The notes beneath the pieces were generated by a model. It saw only the letters and a program-made list of their open reading frames with translations. It had not been told where the DNA came from and did not search any database. From Azolla caroliniana (Eukaryota > Plantae > Polypodiophyta): a DNA stretch of 64,000 nt. Both the position numbers and the translations under genes were made by a program. Location of the stretch: NCBI GenBank assembly GCA_043228905.1, contig JBHGNT010000017.1:9672001-9736000 (forward strand). The letters are read 5' to 3'. Position 1 is the stretch's first letter. Each line of letters starts with the position of its first letter. Positions 51,301-64,000 of the stretch are shown piece after piece.

Positions 51301-54300
51301 ATCATGATCTTGGTCCTTCCCAAATTGTAGCCGATCAATGGCATTTCTTACATTTTGTGGAGTAAAAAAGGTTGATTCATGTGGGCGTGAGCCATGTGGG
51401 TGGGGAAGAAGAGGTTGCCCCGGGATATGATATAGGACCTTTGCATATCCATGCCACACCTGAGGTGAGGTCACTTGTGTGGTAGGTTGCCTCTCATTAA
51501 ACATTTTCCATGCTCTTTTACATTCTTGTCCTAGAAACAAGCGATACAAATGATCTTCAAATTTAGCCAAATACAATCTATTATTCTTCCTTACGAGGCG
51601 TTGGAAGGTTGCTCTCGTTTGTTTGTGTATAAATGCCCGAGTTACATCGCGCTGCAAGCATCTCCTTGTATCACGACATTCCTCATCATAACAACTATTT
51701 TGTATTACTCTACCAAGTTTGGGGGGATTGGCCATTGTGTGAGGAAAGGCATTTGTGGCTGCTTTATGCAATGATTTTGACAATCCTTGGGTAAGTTCTT
51801 CAAGGGGTGCGAAAGGATCCAAATCGAGCATGCCATTGTATACACCACAACTATACACATCAATTGTCTCACGAGTAAATAGATACTTAGCCAGCCCACT
51901 CTCATTAGCATATACATCCTTTGTGCATCCATCCTTTACCTCAAAGTGTAGATATGCATGATCTGCTGCTAAGCCAATAGGTCTACTCGATATAGTGAAC
52001 TCTTTTCAGATATAAGAGATAGAGATCCCATTAGATAATCGACTATGCTTGCACCTCCTTTTGGGTTCCAACATGTCAAAGCATTTGATCCAAGCCATTA
52101 TATATCACAAATCCATGCGCACTTCCCAAGGCTAGAAAGTGTTTTCCATATTCAGTTATAGCACTCATATCTTGAACTTGTCGATTTAGGCCAACCTCTT
52201 CTGCCATAACTTCTCCATAAACAGCCTCGTTGGTGTTAAACGTAGTTGTTTGTTCATCCTTGGTTCGTGCATTAAAATCTCCTAATAGTATTATGTCCCC
52301 CATAGTAGCAAATCTTATGATATCATCATATAATGATGGATATGGTGATTCACCTAAAGGTGCAAACCGTGAGTAGGCAGGTGGAAAGTAGCAAATTGCA
52401 ATATATAGCTCCCTAAGATCCCCTCTTTTGATTCATATCCACATGTAATGTGCATCTTAGTTCCTTATGCACAACACACACTCTATCATGAAACTCTTGT
52501 TTGTATAACACAACCACTCCTCCCGAACCTCTAGCGTGTCCCAAGTTCCCAGTATCTGAGGTTGGGGATGACATATTGACTCCCATCTATATCCTTGTAC
52601 ATCAGGGAGTTTGCTAGCCTTGCATTGGCGGGTCTCTGTTTACGTAGCAATATTTGTGTTTTTGAAGGTATCTTCAAAATATTCGACATTTGTCGATAGA
52701 GAGCTGTTGCAATTCCATATAGTCATGCGTAGGTTCTCATAGGCCATATATTGTCATGCGGTTCTCTTCTCTGTAATAATGACCATACCATCTCTTTATA
52801 CAACCCATTTTCCTTCTTGTCGTGCATCAAGTACTTGTGTCATATTTTCTTTGCGGTGTGCCACTTGAGCTGGAGTGAGTAATCATCTAAGTATATTCTA
52901 TCCATTCAGACTCCATGGTATCTTAGGACAGTAGGTACAAGGTATGAAATACAGAGGGCAGAGAAAATAATATAGATTCCAGGAATTCCTATGTGGCAGA
53001 AAACACAGAGGATCAGACTTGGCAGAAAATGCAGAGAATCAGATTTGCAGAAAACGCAAAGGATCAGACATTGCAAAAAACCTAGAGGATCAAATATTGC
53101 AGAAAACGTAGACAGAAAATGATAATGAGAAAAGCATAAGGTGCCCCATGATATATAATTTGGGATGAGATGGGAGCAGCCCCAATAGTGATCTAGCCAC
53201 TTTTCCAATCAGTGACAAGAGATTTGGAAGCTCCCAAAGCAAACATATTAACAGGTAGAACTTGAGGGCCCTTCTTTTCGATAGGAAAGCTTTTCTCATG
53301 TCGATAGCCATGAAGCGGATAATAAGGGCTTTAGCTCTAGACTCATCTCTTCCCACACTCCACATTGAAGCAAATGGATTCTTGGCATCTTCTTGTGGCT
53401 TCCTTTTTCAGCCCAACCAACCACTTGTACATGCAACACATTAGCGTTCCTCTTGGCCTCTTCTTCTAATGTAATGCTCATCATTTCCATCCTATCCACT
53501 GATGTTCCTTTTTGTTTTTCACTACCTCTATCCAAGGAACATTTCCTTTAATTTCTTTTTGGGCATGCTTAGCTTGAGCTTTGGCATTCTTTGGCCATTT
53601 TTGCCCATGTTTGCATTTCCGTAGTGACATGGGCTTTAACTGTAGAGATGCATTTTTTTACTGCTTCTTGTCCTTTTTCTAAATTGACTTTTATAGCTAC
53701 TAACTCAACCTTATTTGAGGATATTTCATCCTTAAGGTATTGATTGCGTCATGTCATCCTTGAGCTCTAAGTTTGATTTCTTGAAATGGCTTGCTATGCC
53801 TTTCTGCATCTCTTCTAATAACTCAATCTTGAGAGAGGCATATAACTCTGTTTTCTGTTTCTCTATCTCCTTTTTCATTTCTTCTTTTAATGCTCTTTCT
53901 ATACATATCCTCTATGAGAAGATTGATCTTTTGCGTAATCAAATGGCGTAATATCATCTTTTCCCTCTTCGACATCAAATGGAGCCTGCATTTTGGGTGC
54001 CTCGTGTGCCTTTCTAACGCTATTCGGGGTGCTTCCATCCCATCCTTTTTGTCTATGGTATCTTCTTGGGGTCTTCCATGGATCTGGACCCTCTTTATTG
54101 GTGTTGAGATCTATATGTCATCATAGCGACAAGTAAAACATGCTCCAAGAGATTGTACTCATGTCATCATAGCAACAGGTTGGTACATGCAAAAGATAAT
54201 TGTTGATATGCTGAAATGCAAGTGTTTCCAATCATATGGCATAAATACAAACACACTATCCTGGTTCTGTTGTGGCTTGGATTGTCCACACTTGGACATG

Positions 54301-57300
54301 AGAAAAGTGGAAAATAATAGAGTGATCTGAATTGATAGTTGCTAAATTGAATAATGAAAGCATGTGGATCAATCCCAAAATGCCACTTGACAGGAAGATG
54401 GCCCATAATAAGGCCCTCTTTTTTACTCGTCATAGAGAGATTTAACATTAGGCCCTCTTGGATGCACATCTATCACAAGTACTTTGTAATATGACAGAGA
54501 AACTCAGGACCTCTTGACATCAGGAAGAGATTGAGATAGGCAGATATGCATGCAAAACTATGGAAGAATGGATTTGCCAATTATATTATTGGGATGTGCA
54601 ATTAAAGGAACATTAATTTTGCCATTGTATTGCTTTTCACGAAATAAGAGGGAGATTTATTGTATCTTCAAATAAGGTTTTGGTCCACCCCGCAAGATAA
54701 TGGAATATGAAATTCACTGATTCTTGGGATTGTTCTTAGTAGAAATCAGGAGACATAGGCACAAGTTTCCGAAGTAAAAGAATATTGCCACGAAATGTCA
54801 TTAGCAAAGATCCACCACAGCCGTCTTTAGCACTGTTAGAGCTTAATCCTAATGTAACCGAATGATAAGGAAATATAAGATAAGAAAATAGAGGAGAGAG
54901 AAAGAAGGGTGTCGATCCACCCGACCACCCTTGAGCGAAGGGATCGAGACGGATTGGAGCCTCGATGGCGTCCCATACCACCGTTGTGGCATCGAGTTGT
55001 ACCTGGTACTGGTGCGCTCGCTACAAGAGTCTCTTCACCACACGATCAAAGTCTCGACGTAGTAAAATAATGTGTCAATGAGGGTAGCTAGCCCTCATAT
55101 TTATAGCCAGACCAAAGGCCCTTAGGCAAGTTGACACTTGGCCCTTATGGGTTGTCCCAATTTCTAGGATTAAAAGTAATCCCCCCTTCTTTACACTCTC
55201 GTTTAACCCTCACACTTTATCCACATGTATAGAATACTATGGTACAACTTACAACGTGATATTATATGGTCATGCCCGTAATAAGCACTGTCACCCCCTC
55301 CTCATGCTACAAGTTAATCAAGGGCTATAGAAGCAATCTCTCAACCACAAGATTTGAAAGGGGTTTACATTAGATTGGAAAATAGCAAATTTTCATGCAC
55401 ATAGGCCACATTCATTTGGACCATAGCCCTACCACCCTTGTTATTGACAAGTCAAACCCATTATCACTTGATATTGAAGGTGCTTTCCTCACTTTGGAGA
55501 CCTCTCTATCTTGGATTGGCACATGTTGGAGATCATAAGGGCATCACTTGACTAAGTTCACATGTTCAATGCTTTATTAACAAGAATATATGGTACCTTG
55601 GTCCTGCTAATGTAATTCTATTAATTTTGGTTTGTTGTTCTCAAAGATTAGACAGCATTTAAAAATGTAATCTGTTCAGTTTTATAGGCCATGTGGTCTC
55701 TTAAAGAAGTCAATTTATCATTCTTTCTCATGATCTCCTCACTCGCTCACCAGAACACACACAATTTGTAAACCTTGACTGCTGTTCACTTATAGAAGTA
55801 TTTATATGTTTGAAATAGTCTGGAAGATGGACAGCTGAATCCGATAATTGAATCACCCCTAACAAAGGGAATGCTCGAATCAAACAAATGCTATGTGCTT
55901 GATTGTGGAGCGGAAATTTTCATTTGGATGGGCCGCATTACTTCCCTGGAAGAGAGAAAGGCAGCCAGTATACTTGCAGAGGTAAGAACAAAATCAATTT
56001 GTTCCTTTGTGGAGCTTAGTTTTATCTTTCTTTATTCAATTGTTCCTTTGTGGAGCCTAGTTTTATTTTTCTCTATTCATGTGGTTATTCGGTCTCCTCA
56101 GGAATTTCTGTCATCTCAGAAAAGACCAAAGCAGACACTTCTAACCAAGATCATGCAAGGTTTTGAGACATTGATATTCCGTTCCAATTTTGATGCTTGG
56201 CCTCTGGGAGGTGGGGCCACCACGTCTGAAGAGGGCAGAGGCAAAGTTGCAGGTGCATATCAACTTACAAATTATATGCTTGTAGTTCTCCCCGAGTCTT
56301 CCATCTGAACCTGAAAGTAGTGTCATGGTGCAATGTCTTGTTCATGAATGCTGTAGATAGAAACTAAGATAAAATAAGGATAGTTTGGCTATGAATTTGA
56401 ACCTAGGTTTTCATAAAGTGCAGTATTTCTTTTTGTGAGATATTATTGGTTTGTCCATTGACAATTTGTTGATGTTAGTTTTCTGTATATTGTTTTTCAA
56501 CTAGCTTTTTATAGGTTTTATTAGCTTTTCGAGAGTGATAACCTGGTGAAAATAGTCTCACTATTATTGCATTTTGTAATTTGTTTTATAATTGATTCTT
56601 TATCACGTTTTTGGCAATATGTATTGTGTTAATATGGTCACAAGTCCAAATTTTTTATTTAATGCTATATGTCCTGTTAATTGTTTTACTGTATTGCAGC
56701 TATGCTGAAACAGCAAGGAGTCAATGTAAAAGGGCTTTTGAAAGGCACTCCCACCAAGGAAGAAATACCACCTCTTTTTGATAAAAATGGGAAACTTGAG
56801 GTAATATATCCCTTTATAGGTTTTGTAGCACGATTTCATTTAATTAGGGTTAGTGTTATTTGGCTGATCTCTTGATCTTCCAGGTTTGGAGAATCAATGG
56901 TTCCACTAAAATTTCCATTGCCACAGCAGATGTTGGCAAATTCTATGTTGGGGATTGCTATTTGATACTTTACACTTATCTTGGTGACCGAAAAGATGAA
57001 TACTTTCTTTGCCATTGGATCGGAAAACAAAGCACAAAAGTGGGTGCATCTATTCATTTCCATCATTCATAAACTTGAACTGTTCATCATTGCATCATGG
57101 AAATACTATAAATACTATTTGTCTATGAAAAGTGCTAATAATGGATTAGGTCCCTAGAAAAGAACACTTTATGTGCAGTTGGGTTGGAGAACAACCCATA
57201 GGGTTGATACATCTGTGATTGCCTTCATGAATAAACTGCAGATTATAAAGTATATGTGTACCCTTTTATAAAAACCAACAGAGAAATGTCTAGTAAGAGA

Positions 57301-60300
57301 AGTTAAATTTGCATAGAAAAGCAATGAACTGGACAATTCTATTAATCAGTGTCCTGCTATGGTTAATACGACATTAATAGAAAATTCACTGCCACCTCCA
57401 TCTGATAAAACAAATTGCAGTCTAATCCTCCAAAAAATTAAAAGAACACACCATTAATAATTTTGGGACTTTTGGTACTATATTATTCCTAGTAACCCGT
57501 TGGTCATAACTATGCAGGAGGACCAGGCTCTAGCTTCTCACCTTGCAACACAAATGGCCGTTAGTAATAAAGGACGGCCTGTGCAGGTGAGTTTTTATAG
57601 CTATATAGGTACTTCTCTATAAGTCTTCATGGCTGGCTAAATATTATTGATTCCCTTTTGTTTTAGGTACGTATTTTTGAAGGAAAAGAACCTGCTGAGT
57701 TTCTGGGATTATTCGAGAACTTCTTCCTTTTGAAGGTTAAGTATAATCTAGATATCGCTTGTGATTTTCTTATTCCGTGATAGTAGCTAAATCAGATGGT
57801 TTTTGCAGGGGGGCTTGAGTTCAGGATACCAAGGAAAGGTGACTGATCAGGGTTTAGTATACGATACTTATAAAGATGATGGGGTGGCATTATTTCGAGT
57901 TGAAGGAACAGATCGTCATAATAGGAAAGCAATTCAAGTTGATCTGGTCAGTATTTCTGTTTCATACAGAACATCTCTAAAATTTGATGAGCATGTTGTT
58001 TGGAGAGAATAATGCTTTTTTGTATGGCTACATAAAAAATTGTTAAAAGACAAATGTGCTGTTTTTAATACGTCGATTAGTTTGACATTGAATGAAATTA
58101 CAAGCACGTAAAGAAGGATGAAAATTCAGAATTTAAGCTGATAAATTTTAAGCCTCTCCATCAGCCAGCCACTCCGCAATTCTATAGCCAGGCATAGTGT
58201 TAAGAATTAGGTAATTAACTAGGGTTAATTAGTGACTAATTATGTGAGTAGTTGATAAACGGAAGATTAGGTGATATGTGTGTGAGAGGAAGAGAGAGAG
58301 GAAGTTACACTTATGAACAATAACATAAATGGGGGATGATTAACAAGAGTGTATATTAAAAAGCATCATCAAATACAAAAATACTCACAATGAGGTAAAT
58401 ATACATCTCATGTGCAAAGGTGCACATGTGTGAGTAGAATATAGTTACAAAGGTGTAACTCCTATATTAAATGATCATGGGAGTGGAGGATCTACAATGT
58501 ATCCACTCAAGTACAAAATCCTATTTAAGGCTTTAAGGTCAACACACTAACTAGATTCTATCTAGGTAACTACTAAGTTACGTGTGTTGACTAACTAACT
58601 AAATCTAGTTGAGCTTGATATCTCAACACAGTCTATAAATGTTGTGTGGCTCTTCTTTTATTTTAAATGTATGTGAAACTCCTTTTTAAATGTATGTGAA
58701 GGTTCAAAATACTTAGATAAATTTCAAGCCTCTCCATCAGCCAGCCACTCTGGAACCCAATTCTATAGCCAGGCATAGTCTTTAAATGTTGTGTGGCTCT
58801 TCTTTTATTTCTAAATGCATGTGAAACTCCTTTTTAAATGTACAAAATTTCAGTTCTCTTGTGTTTATGATGCCATTAAGGCGTCTGTAGTTTTTTATGG
58901 GTAAAGGAGTCCTTATCCATTGGAAATTTACTGAGCTCTGTAAATTAGAGATACCATACAGGTAGTTACTTAAGGTGAAGATGCATCACATATATGCTCA
59001 ATCTCTAAATAAGGACAGTATTGCTAGTTTGAGAAAATCAACAAATACTTCTAGTTTTCGTTTAATTATTCTATACCATATTCTCAAACACAACTGTGTC
59101 GTAGAATTCATTGTTTATTTAATTTATATATTGGGCACCTTTGTCTTCCTCATACAAATTCATACACAATAATGCCCAAGTCCAGAATCAATGAGTTTAT
59201 AATATTTCATTTAATATAAAAAATTTAGGACCTTGTATTTGGGTCTACCATAACTTTTTTATTCATAAATTCAAACTCTTAATTTCTTCTGTGAGAATTG
59301 AAATGACAGTGGTGCTGTACTGCTCTCCATTCTGGATCGACCTATGCTAGAGATCTTTTGAAGACAAAAGCCACAATATATCTGACTTGAGTCTCTTTTG
59401 GCTTATTTGCTTTTATGTTTACTTAGTAACATTTATTTTATTTTGATTTGTTGTTCTCAAAGATGAGACAACACTTAAAAGGTATAATCTCTTGTTTGGT
59501 CTTATAGGCCATTTTGGCCTCTTAAAAGACGTTAATGCATCTTTCTTTCTTTCTACAACTAACCTAGCAGAATATGGTTCTCTGTATTTATCCTGATACT
59601 AGCTACTAAAGTTGTTTCATCTTTTGATGTCCTGGAAGCATGGAAAGATCTTGATGCTTCTTTAAGGCCATCACAATAGAATATTTTTCCTTCTGATCAC
59701 ATTATTAGCCATTAAAAGTTACAACCATCACCTAATGTCTTTCTGGAATTATATAACATTTATAAGATATTGTTGCAACGGTAGGATTGAATGATGGTTT
59801 TGGTTTGTGCTCAATATTTCCCCACAGTATGGGTGTAGGCAGAGCACTTTACCTCTGTTACTTACATCTGAATTGGCCTATGCCAGGATGCGGAAAACTT
59901 GAACTCATCTTACTGCTACATCTTGCAAAATAATGCTGCAATTTTCATATGGAATGGGAATTCGAGTATTTCTGAAGAGCAACAAGTAGCAGTGAAAATG
60001 GCCGAGTTTCTGAAGGTATACCACATAATGGCCGTTTTTATCAAGATTAGTGAAGCTGAATGAGAGCAAAATGTATGCTTACTGTCTGCTGTTTTCTTTT
60101 TCCCATATAATGCAGCCCGGTACTACAGCTAAGATACTGAAGGAGGATTCTGAACCAGCCACATTCTGGAACCTGCTTGGTGGAAAAAAGACACATCCAA
60201 ACTATAGGGAACCCAAGGAAGCTGGCAAAGATCCTCATTTGTTTACTTGCTCCCTACTTAAGGGTATGTTTGTGATTAATATGAGCAACATGAGTCATTT

Positions 60301-61855
60301 TCCTTCATACCAAAATTTAAGTGATTTGCTAAATTCCTGTGTCTTGCACCATGGTCAAATTTACAACATACTGGAGTACAGGGAAACTGGAGGTTAGTGC
60401 ACGGCAGCTGTGATAATATTATTTGTTAATTATTGATCAATAAAATGAGATATAACGTCATACAATGAAATGTTCTAGGTTGTGGAAGTATACACTTTTG
60501 ATCAAGACGATCTATTAAGTGAGGATGTGATGATCCTTGATACATATACAGAAATTTTTGTATGGGTTGGTCAAAATGCAGATGTTGAAGAGAAGAAACA
60601 GACATTCGACATTGCTCAGGTGAGTGCATCTCTTGATTTGATGATCTACAGATTTAGTGAAAGGATGTGTATTTTTCTATTTTTCTTACTGCAAAAGCTT
60701 ATTGCAGAAATATTTGGATCGAGCTGCAAAACTTGATGGTAATCCTGCAGATGTGCCAGTGTATAAAGTCCCGGAGGGAAGTGAGTCCTTCTTTTTCACA
60801 AAGCATTTTAATACTTGGGACCCAACCAAAGCAGCAGTAAGTACCGTTACAGTCGGTTATTTTCAAATTCCTTTTACCAGAACATTATCAGATTAAAGGT
60901 TTAAAGGTTGATGAGAAATGAGGTCAAATTGTGTTGGTGTGGTTTAATATTTCAGTGCTCTTTTTAGTATAGCTTTCTTTATTTGTCATGGTGGTTTTCA
61001 CATCCACAGGTACAAGGAGGTTCTTTCCAGAAAAGGATTTCCATTCTGTTGGGGCTACATTCACCAACGGCAGAGGTGAGGCATGGATGTAGATAGTAAA
61101 GATGATTAATATGATAATTTTTTCATATATGTGATGTAAACAACAAACGCAGTCTCCTATGAGAAATACAACCATCGAAGGTGTGGAGACTGGATCCCTT
61201 GCAAAGTTAACTCCAACACCGAAGAGGCGAAGTGGATCCACACAATGGGCTGCAGCAGTTGCAGCTTTATCATCTTCTATAAACATTTCTGGCATCACAG
61301 ATGGCCCAAAACCTGTTGTAAAACCCATCAGAGTAAGACTCTCATCCACTGAAAGTCCTGAGAGTTCTTTGAAGAGCGAAGAAGAGAAGCCCAAAGGTAA
61401 TAAATCCTAGTTTTGTTATATGGTTGAACAGAGCAAAAGAAGATGTCCCAAGTTTCTAGTCGGGTTAATGATCATTTTGGAATGCAGATGCTTTACCGTC
61501 CGAAGCTGAAGCTAGCTCTATTGTGGAAAATGATGTTGGAACTGTTGAAGAGAAGCCAAGTGAAGACAAGACATCAGAATTCTTTAGCTATGAAAGACTA
61601 AAATGCAGATCTGAGGATCCAGCTCCTGGAGTTGATCCAAGGAAGAGAGAGGTAAAGATACGTTTTAATTACAGCTGGATTATGTATAACTTGTTGAAGT
61701 CAGTCTAGAGTCTTAGAGATTTTTGGTTATTTCTTGTTCAGTCCTACCTTTCACCAGATGATTTCAAGAAGGTATTTGGAATGGAATCTGAAAAGTTTTA
61801 TGAACTGCCAAAGTGGAAACAAGAAATTCAGAAGAGGGCGCTTGATCTATTTTGA
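45386..61855 (+). CDS. VLN: Villin (gelsolin repeats + headpiece), 22 coding exons
   Basis: Exons 45386-45441, 45560-45659, 46687-46755, 46892-47128, 47218-47395, 47493-47625, 55819-55981, 56102-56252, 56700-56800, 56884-57039, 57518-57586, 57667-57735, 57809-57946, 59887-60015, 60116-60263, 60382-60392, 60479-60619, 60708-60836, 61010-61075, 61153-61396, 61488-61651, 61742-61855. Motifs: [63 protein letters not shown], headpiece [25 protein letters not shown]. Confidence 0.95.
49060..49310 (+). mobile_element. Short LINE RT-N-terminal fragment, inverted relative to the adjacent LINE
   Basis: [37 protein letters not shown] matches [37 protein letters not shown] at 51.2-51.4 kb(-). Confidence 0.75.
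49400..54120 (-). mobile_element. Near full-length degenerate LINE (RTE-X/L2-like; ORF1 + APE-RT ORF2) in villin intron 6
   Basis: ORF1 coiled coil plus [84 protein letters not shown]-term [27 protein letters not shown]. Confidence 0.88.
58198..58628 (-). mobile_element. Copia-type solo LTR in a villin intron
   Basis: TGTTAAGAAT...GTTGAGCTTGATATCTCAACA ends resemble the other Copia LTRs here; imperfect TSD CATAG/CACAG. Confidence 0.8.
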
Positions 61856-62095
61856 GATTCTCTCGTTTTTTCGCGGAATTCGAGACTTTGTATTTATTTG
61901 TTCTTGCTATCATTGGCTGAGTATTAGCATCATCTTTTCGAAGTGATATTATTTTGGTGGTTCCCTGTTGGTCATTCATTTAAGTCAATAATGTTTGGCA
62001 TAGCCATTTACATCCAAGTTTGTGAAATGATATATAAATATTTATTATGACATTGAAGGTTCTATTTGAACATTGTAAATGTAGATCCCTCGGGC

Positions 62096-62299
62096 ATTTT
62101 CATCCCCCTCCTTTGTATCAGATGGTATTCTTTGATATCATGTTGTAATTCACCATGTTGCTAAAAATGTGAGTGTATTGTGATGAAACGACGGTCTATT
62201 TTCATCCCCCTCTGTATCAGATGGTATTCTTTGATATCATGTTGTAATTCACCATGTTGCTAAAAATGTGAGTGTATTATGATGAAACGACGATCTATT
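62096..62299. repeat. Tandem duplication 2 x ~102 bp downstream of the villin stop
   Basis: ATTTTCATCCCCCTC..TGTATCAGATGG at 62096 and 62198. Confidence 0.85.
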
Positions 62300-63099
62300 G
62301 TCGAATATAAAATGCTAAGGAGAAGGAATTTGTCACCCATAATTGTTGTAGAGAGAAAAGGACAGATCTACTCATTGTTTTAGGTCAAATTGTAAACTTG
62401 TAGGGTGGAGTAACTTGGTTTGCCTAAATTGTGTAGACCCCTCGCCGTGCAGTGTTGCATTGCAACAGAATTGAGAAAATGGCGGTGGTTGAAATGATTG
62501 TAAATAGAAACAGATAAGCTCAGCCATCCCCTTAACCCTGGTATCATCCTTGTATGTTGCTAAACTGGGGTGATTAGCACATTGCTATATGTTGACCCTT
62601 AAGTCTGGTAATGTCCTTGTACTGATGCCATATGGTTGTGCACCATCTCATTCTCCTCGAATTCCCTTTTTGAAGAATGGAATCTCCTTCTCTTCCTTAT
62701 AAAAAGATCTTCTCTCAAGGATTTGCTTGCATTGGGAGAACGTTTATTCTGAGAATTCTCCTAGGAATCTCAAGAATTGGCTCCTCTGAGAAATGTCGGC
62801 TGAGAGCCAGGAAGCGTTATCATGAATGAAGAACGATTGGAATAAACAAAACATTTGTTGGAGAGAAGCACAGCTTACGCTCTCTGTCTCTCTCTTCCTT
62901 TCTAAATGATGATGATCCCTAGTTTTGAGTTGTTTCCATTTCGACAGATAATCAGGGTTTCCTCTCTCTCAAAGAAATGGTTCTTTTGGTTTGGGTGTTT
63001 GTTTATGGTCTACTGAGTATTTTGATGGAGTGAGTGACATTTAGGAGAGGATGCTGGCGGTGGCTGCCTTGGCCACGGTGGCCCATTGGGAGGTGCCAT

Positions 63100-63356
63100 C
63101 CTCTCTACCTCTGTCTCTGCGACCGCTCACCCTGTCTCCCTCGTCTACCCCTCCCTCCCTCCCTCCCTCCCTTAATCATCTCATCCCTTTCTGACTCACT
63201 CACACATCCATCCATCCATCCATCTCTGTCCAGCCAATCTCTCTCTCTCTGGACTTGCCATTGCTGCTGCTGCTGCACCCTACCCTACCTGTCTGTCCCT
63301 CTGTCCCTCTGTTTCATCTCTTCTTTCCTTTTGTCTTGTTTGTTTTGTTTTCTTTC

Positions 63357-63396
<40 letters not shown>

Positions 63397-63400
63397 ATGA
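63100..63400. repeat. Pyrimidine-rich microsatellite region with (TAC)n; possible promoter/5' UTR of a downstream gene
   Basis: (CCCT)n, (CATC)n, (TGC)n and (TAC)13 visible; resembles the leaders of the two other genes. Confidence 0.5.
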
Positions 63401-64000
63401 TCCTGTGCGGTTTTGTTTCCTCCTAGTGGCCGCTTCGTTTACTATGGCCCATTTCTCGTCCCATGGCATTGCATTGCATTGTGTGGGGACTTTTGTCTTG
63501 CTTAATGGGAGGCTCTTCTAGTTAAGAATATCATACTCATAATTTGGCCTTCTATTTTCTTCTCCAAGATCTTCTCCTCCTCTGTTGCTGTTGTTGGCTT
63601 GCAATTATTGGTTCACACCCATAGATGATAGCATCAGGAAATCACAAGATGGAGCGAAAAGCCAAGTTTGATCCTTGGGGATCAGGAGCCCATAAAATTG
63701 AGAAATTGAGGGAATCTAAGTTGTATCCTGGCCATGGGCTAGGTAGGACTAGGAGGCCCTGACCCATAGATTGTGATAACAATCTTTTGTAAATTCTGGC
63801 TCCTTCTACAAGCTCTTTCAAATAGGGGATGGATGCAACTTCAACTTTGCCGTGCGAAACTCAAAGTCGCACAATTAAAAATCATGAAGTCTTGGCACAC
63901 CCCATTTCAATAAATCGCACTTGGAAGAACAATACACCCAAAGTCAAGTGGGATATATGGAAAGAATTATACGAATTAGCTATTGATCCCAATGTGGTCG

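Noticed and set aside
54731-55230. Possible solo LTR in villin intron 6
   Set aside because: LTR-like composition, but I could not define matching termini or a TSD.
62860-62900. miR529/miR156-like GAGAGAAGCACAGC
   Set aside because: Partial match only, and no convincing precursor hairpin.

Overview
Eukaryotic, intron-rich land-plant nuclear DNA; TE families and gene style suggest a non-seed plant such as a fern (inference). It holds two intact host genes on the + strand. The first is a 10-exon, ~851-aa gene (14949-19335) fusing an N-terminal DCD domain to a TRF4/TENT4-type non-canonical poly(A) polymerase, the most unusual item here. The second is a 22-exon villin (45386-61855) with a probable U12 intron, a GC-AG intron and an 11-nt microexon. 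The rest is mostly nested retrotransposons. A Ty3/Gypsy element (1300-11945, -) contains a young non-autonomous LTR element (5052-8714) that carries only a ~945-codon coiled-coil frame. A Ty1/Copia cluster (25.1-41.1 kb) has three nesting layers, and its outer element appears split by an inversion with a ~100-bp plastid psaB fragment at the breakpoint. There are also RTE-X-like LINEs, an L1 3' fragment, solo LTRs, a Mutator-type MITE with a perfect 9-bp TSD, and microsatellites. All calls are by eye; no searches were run.
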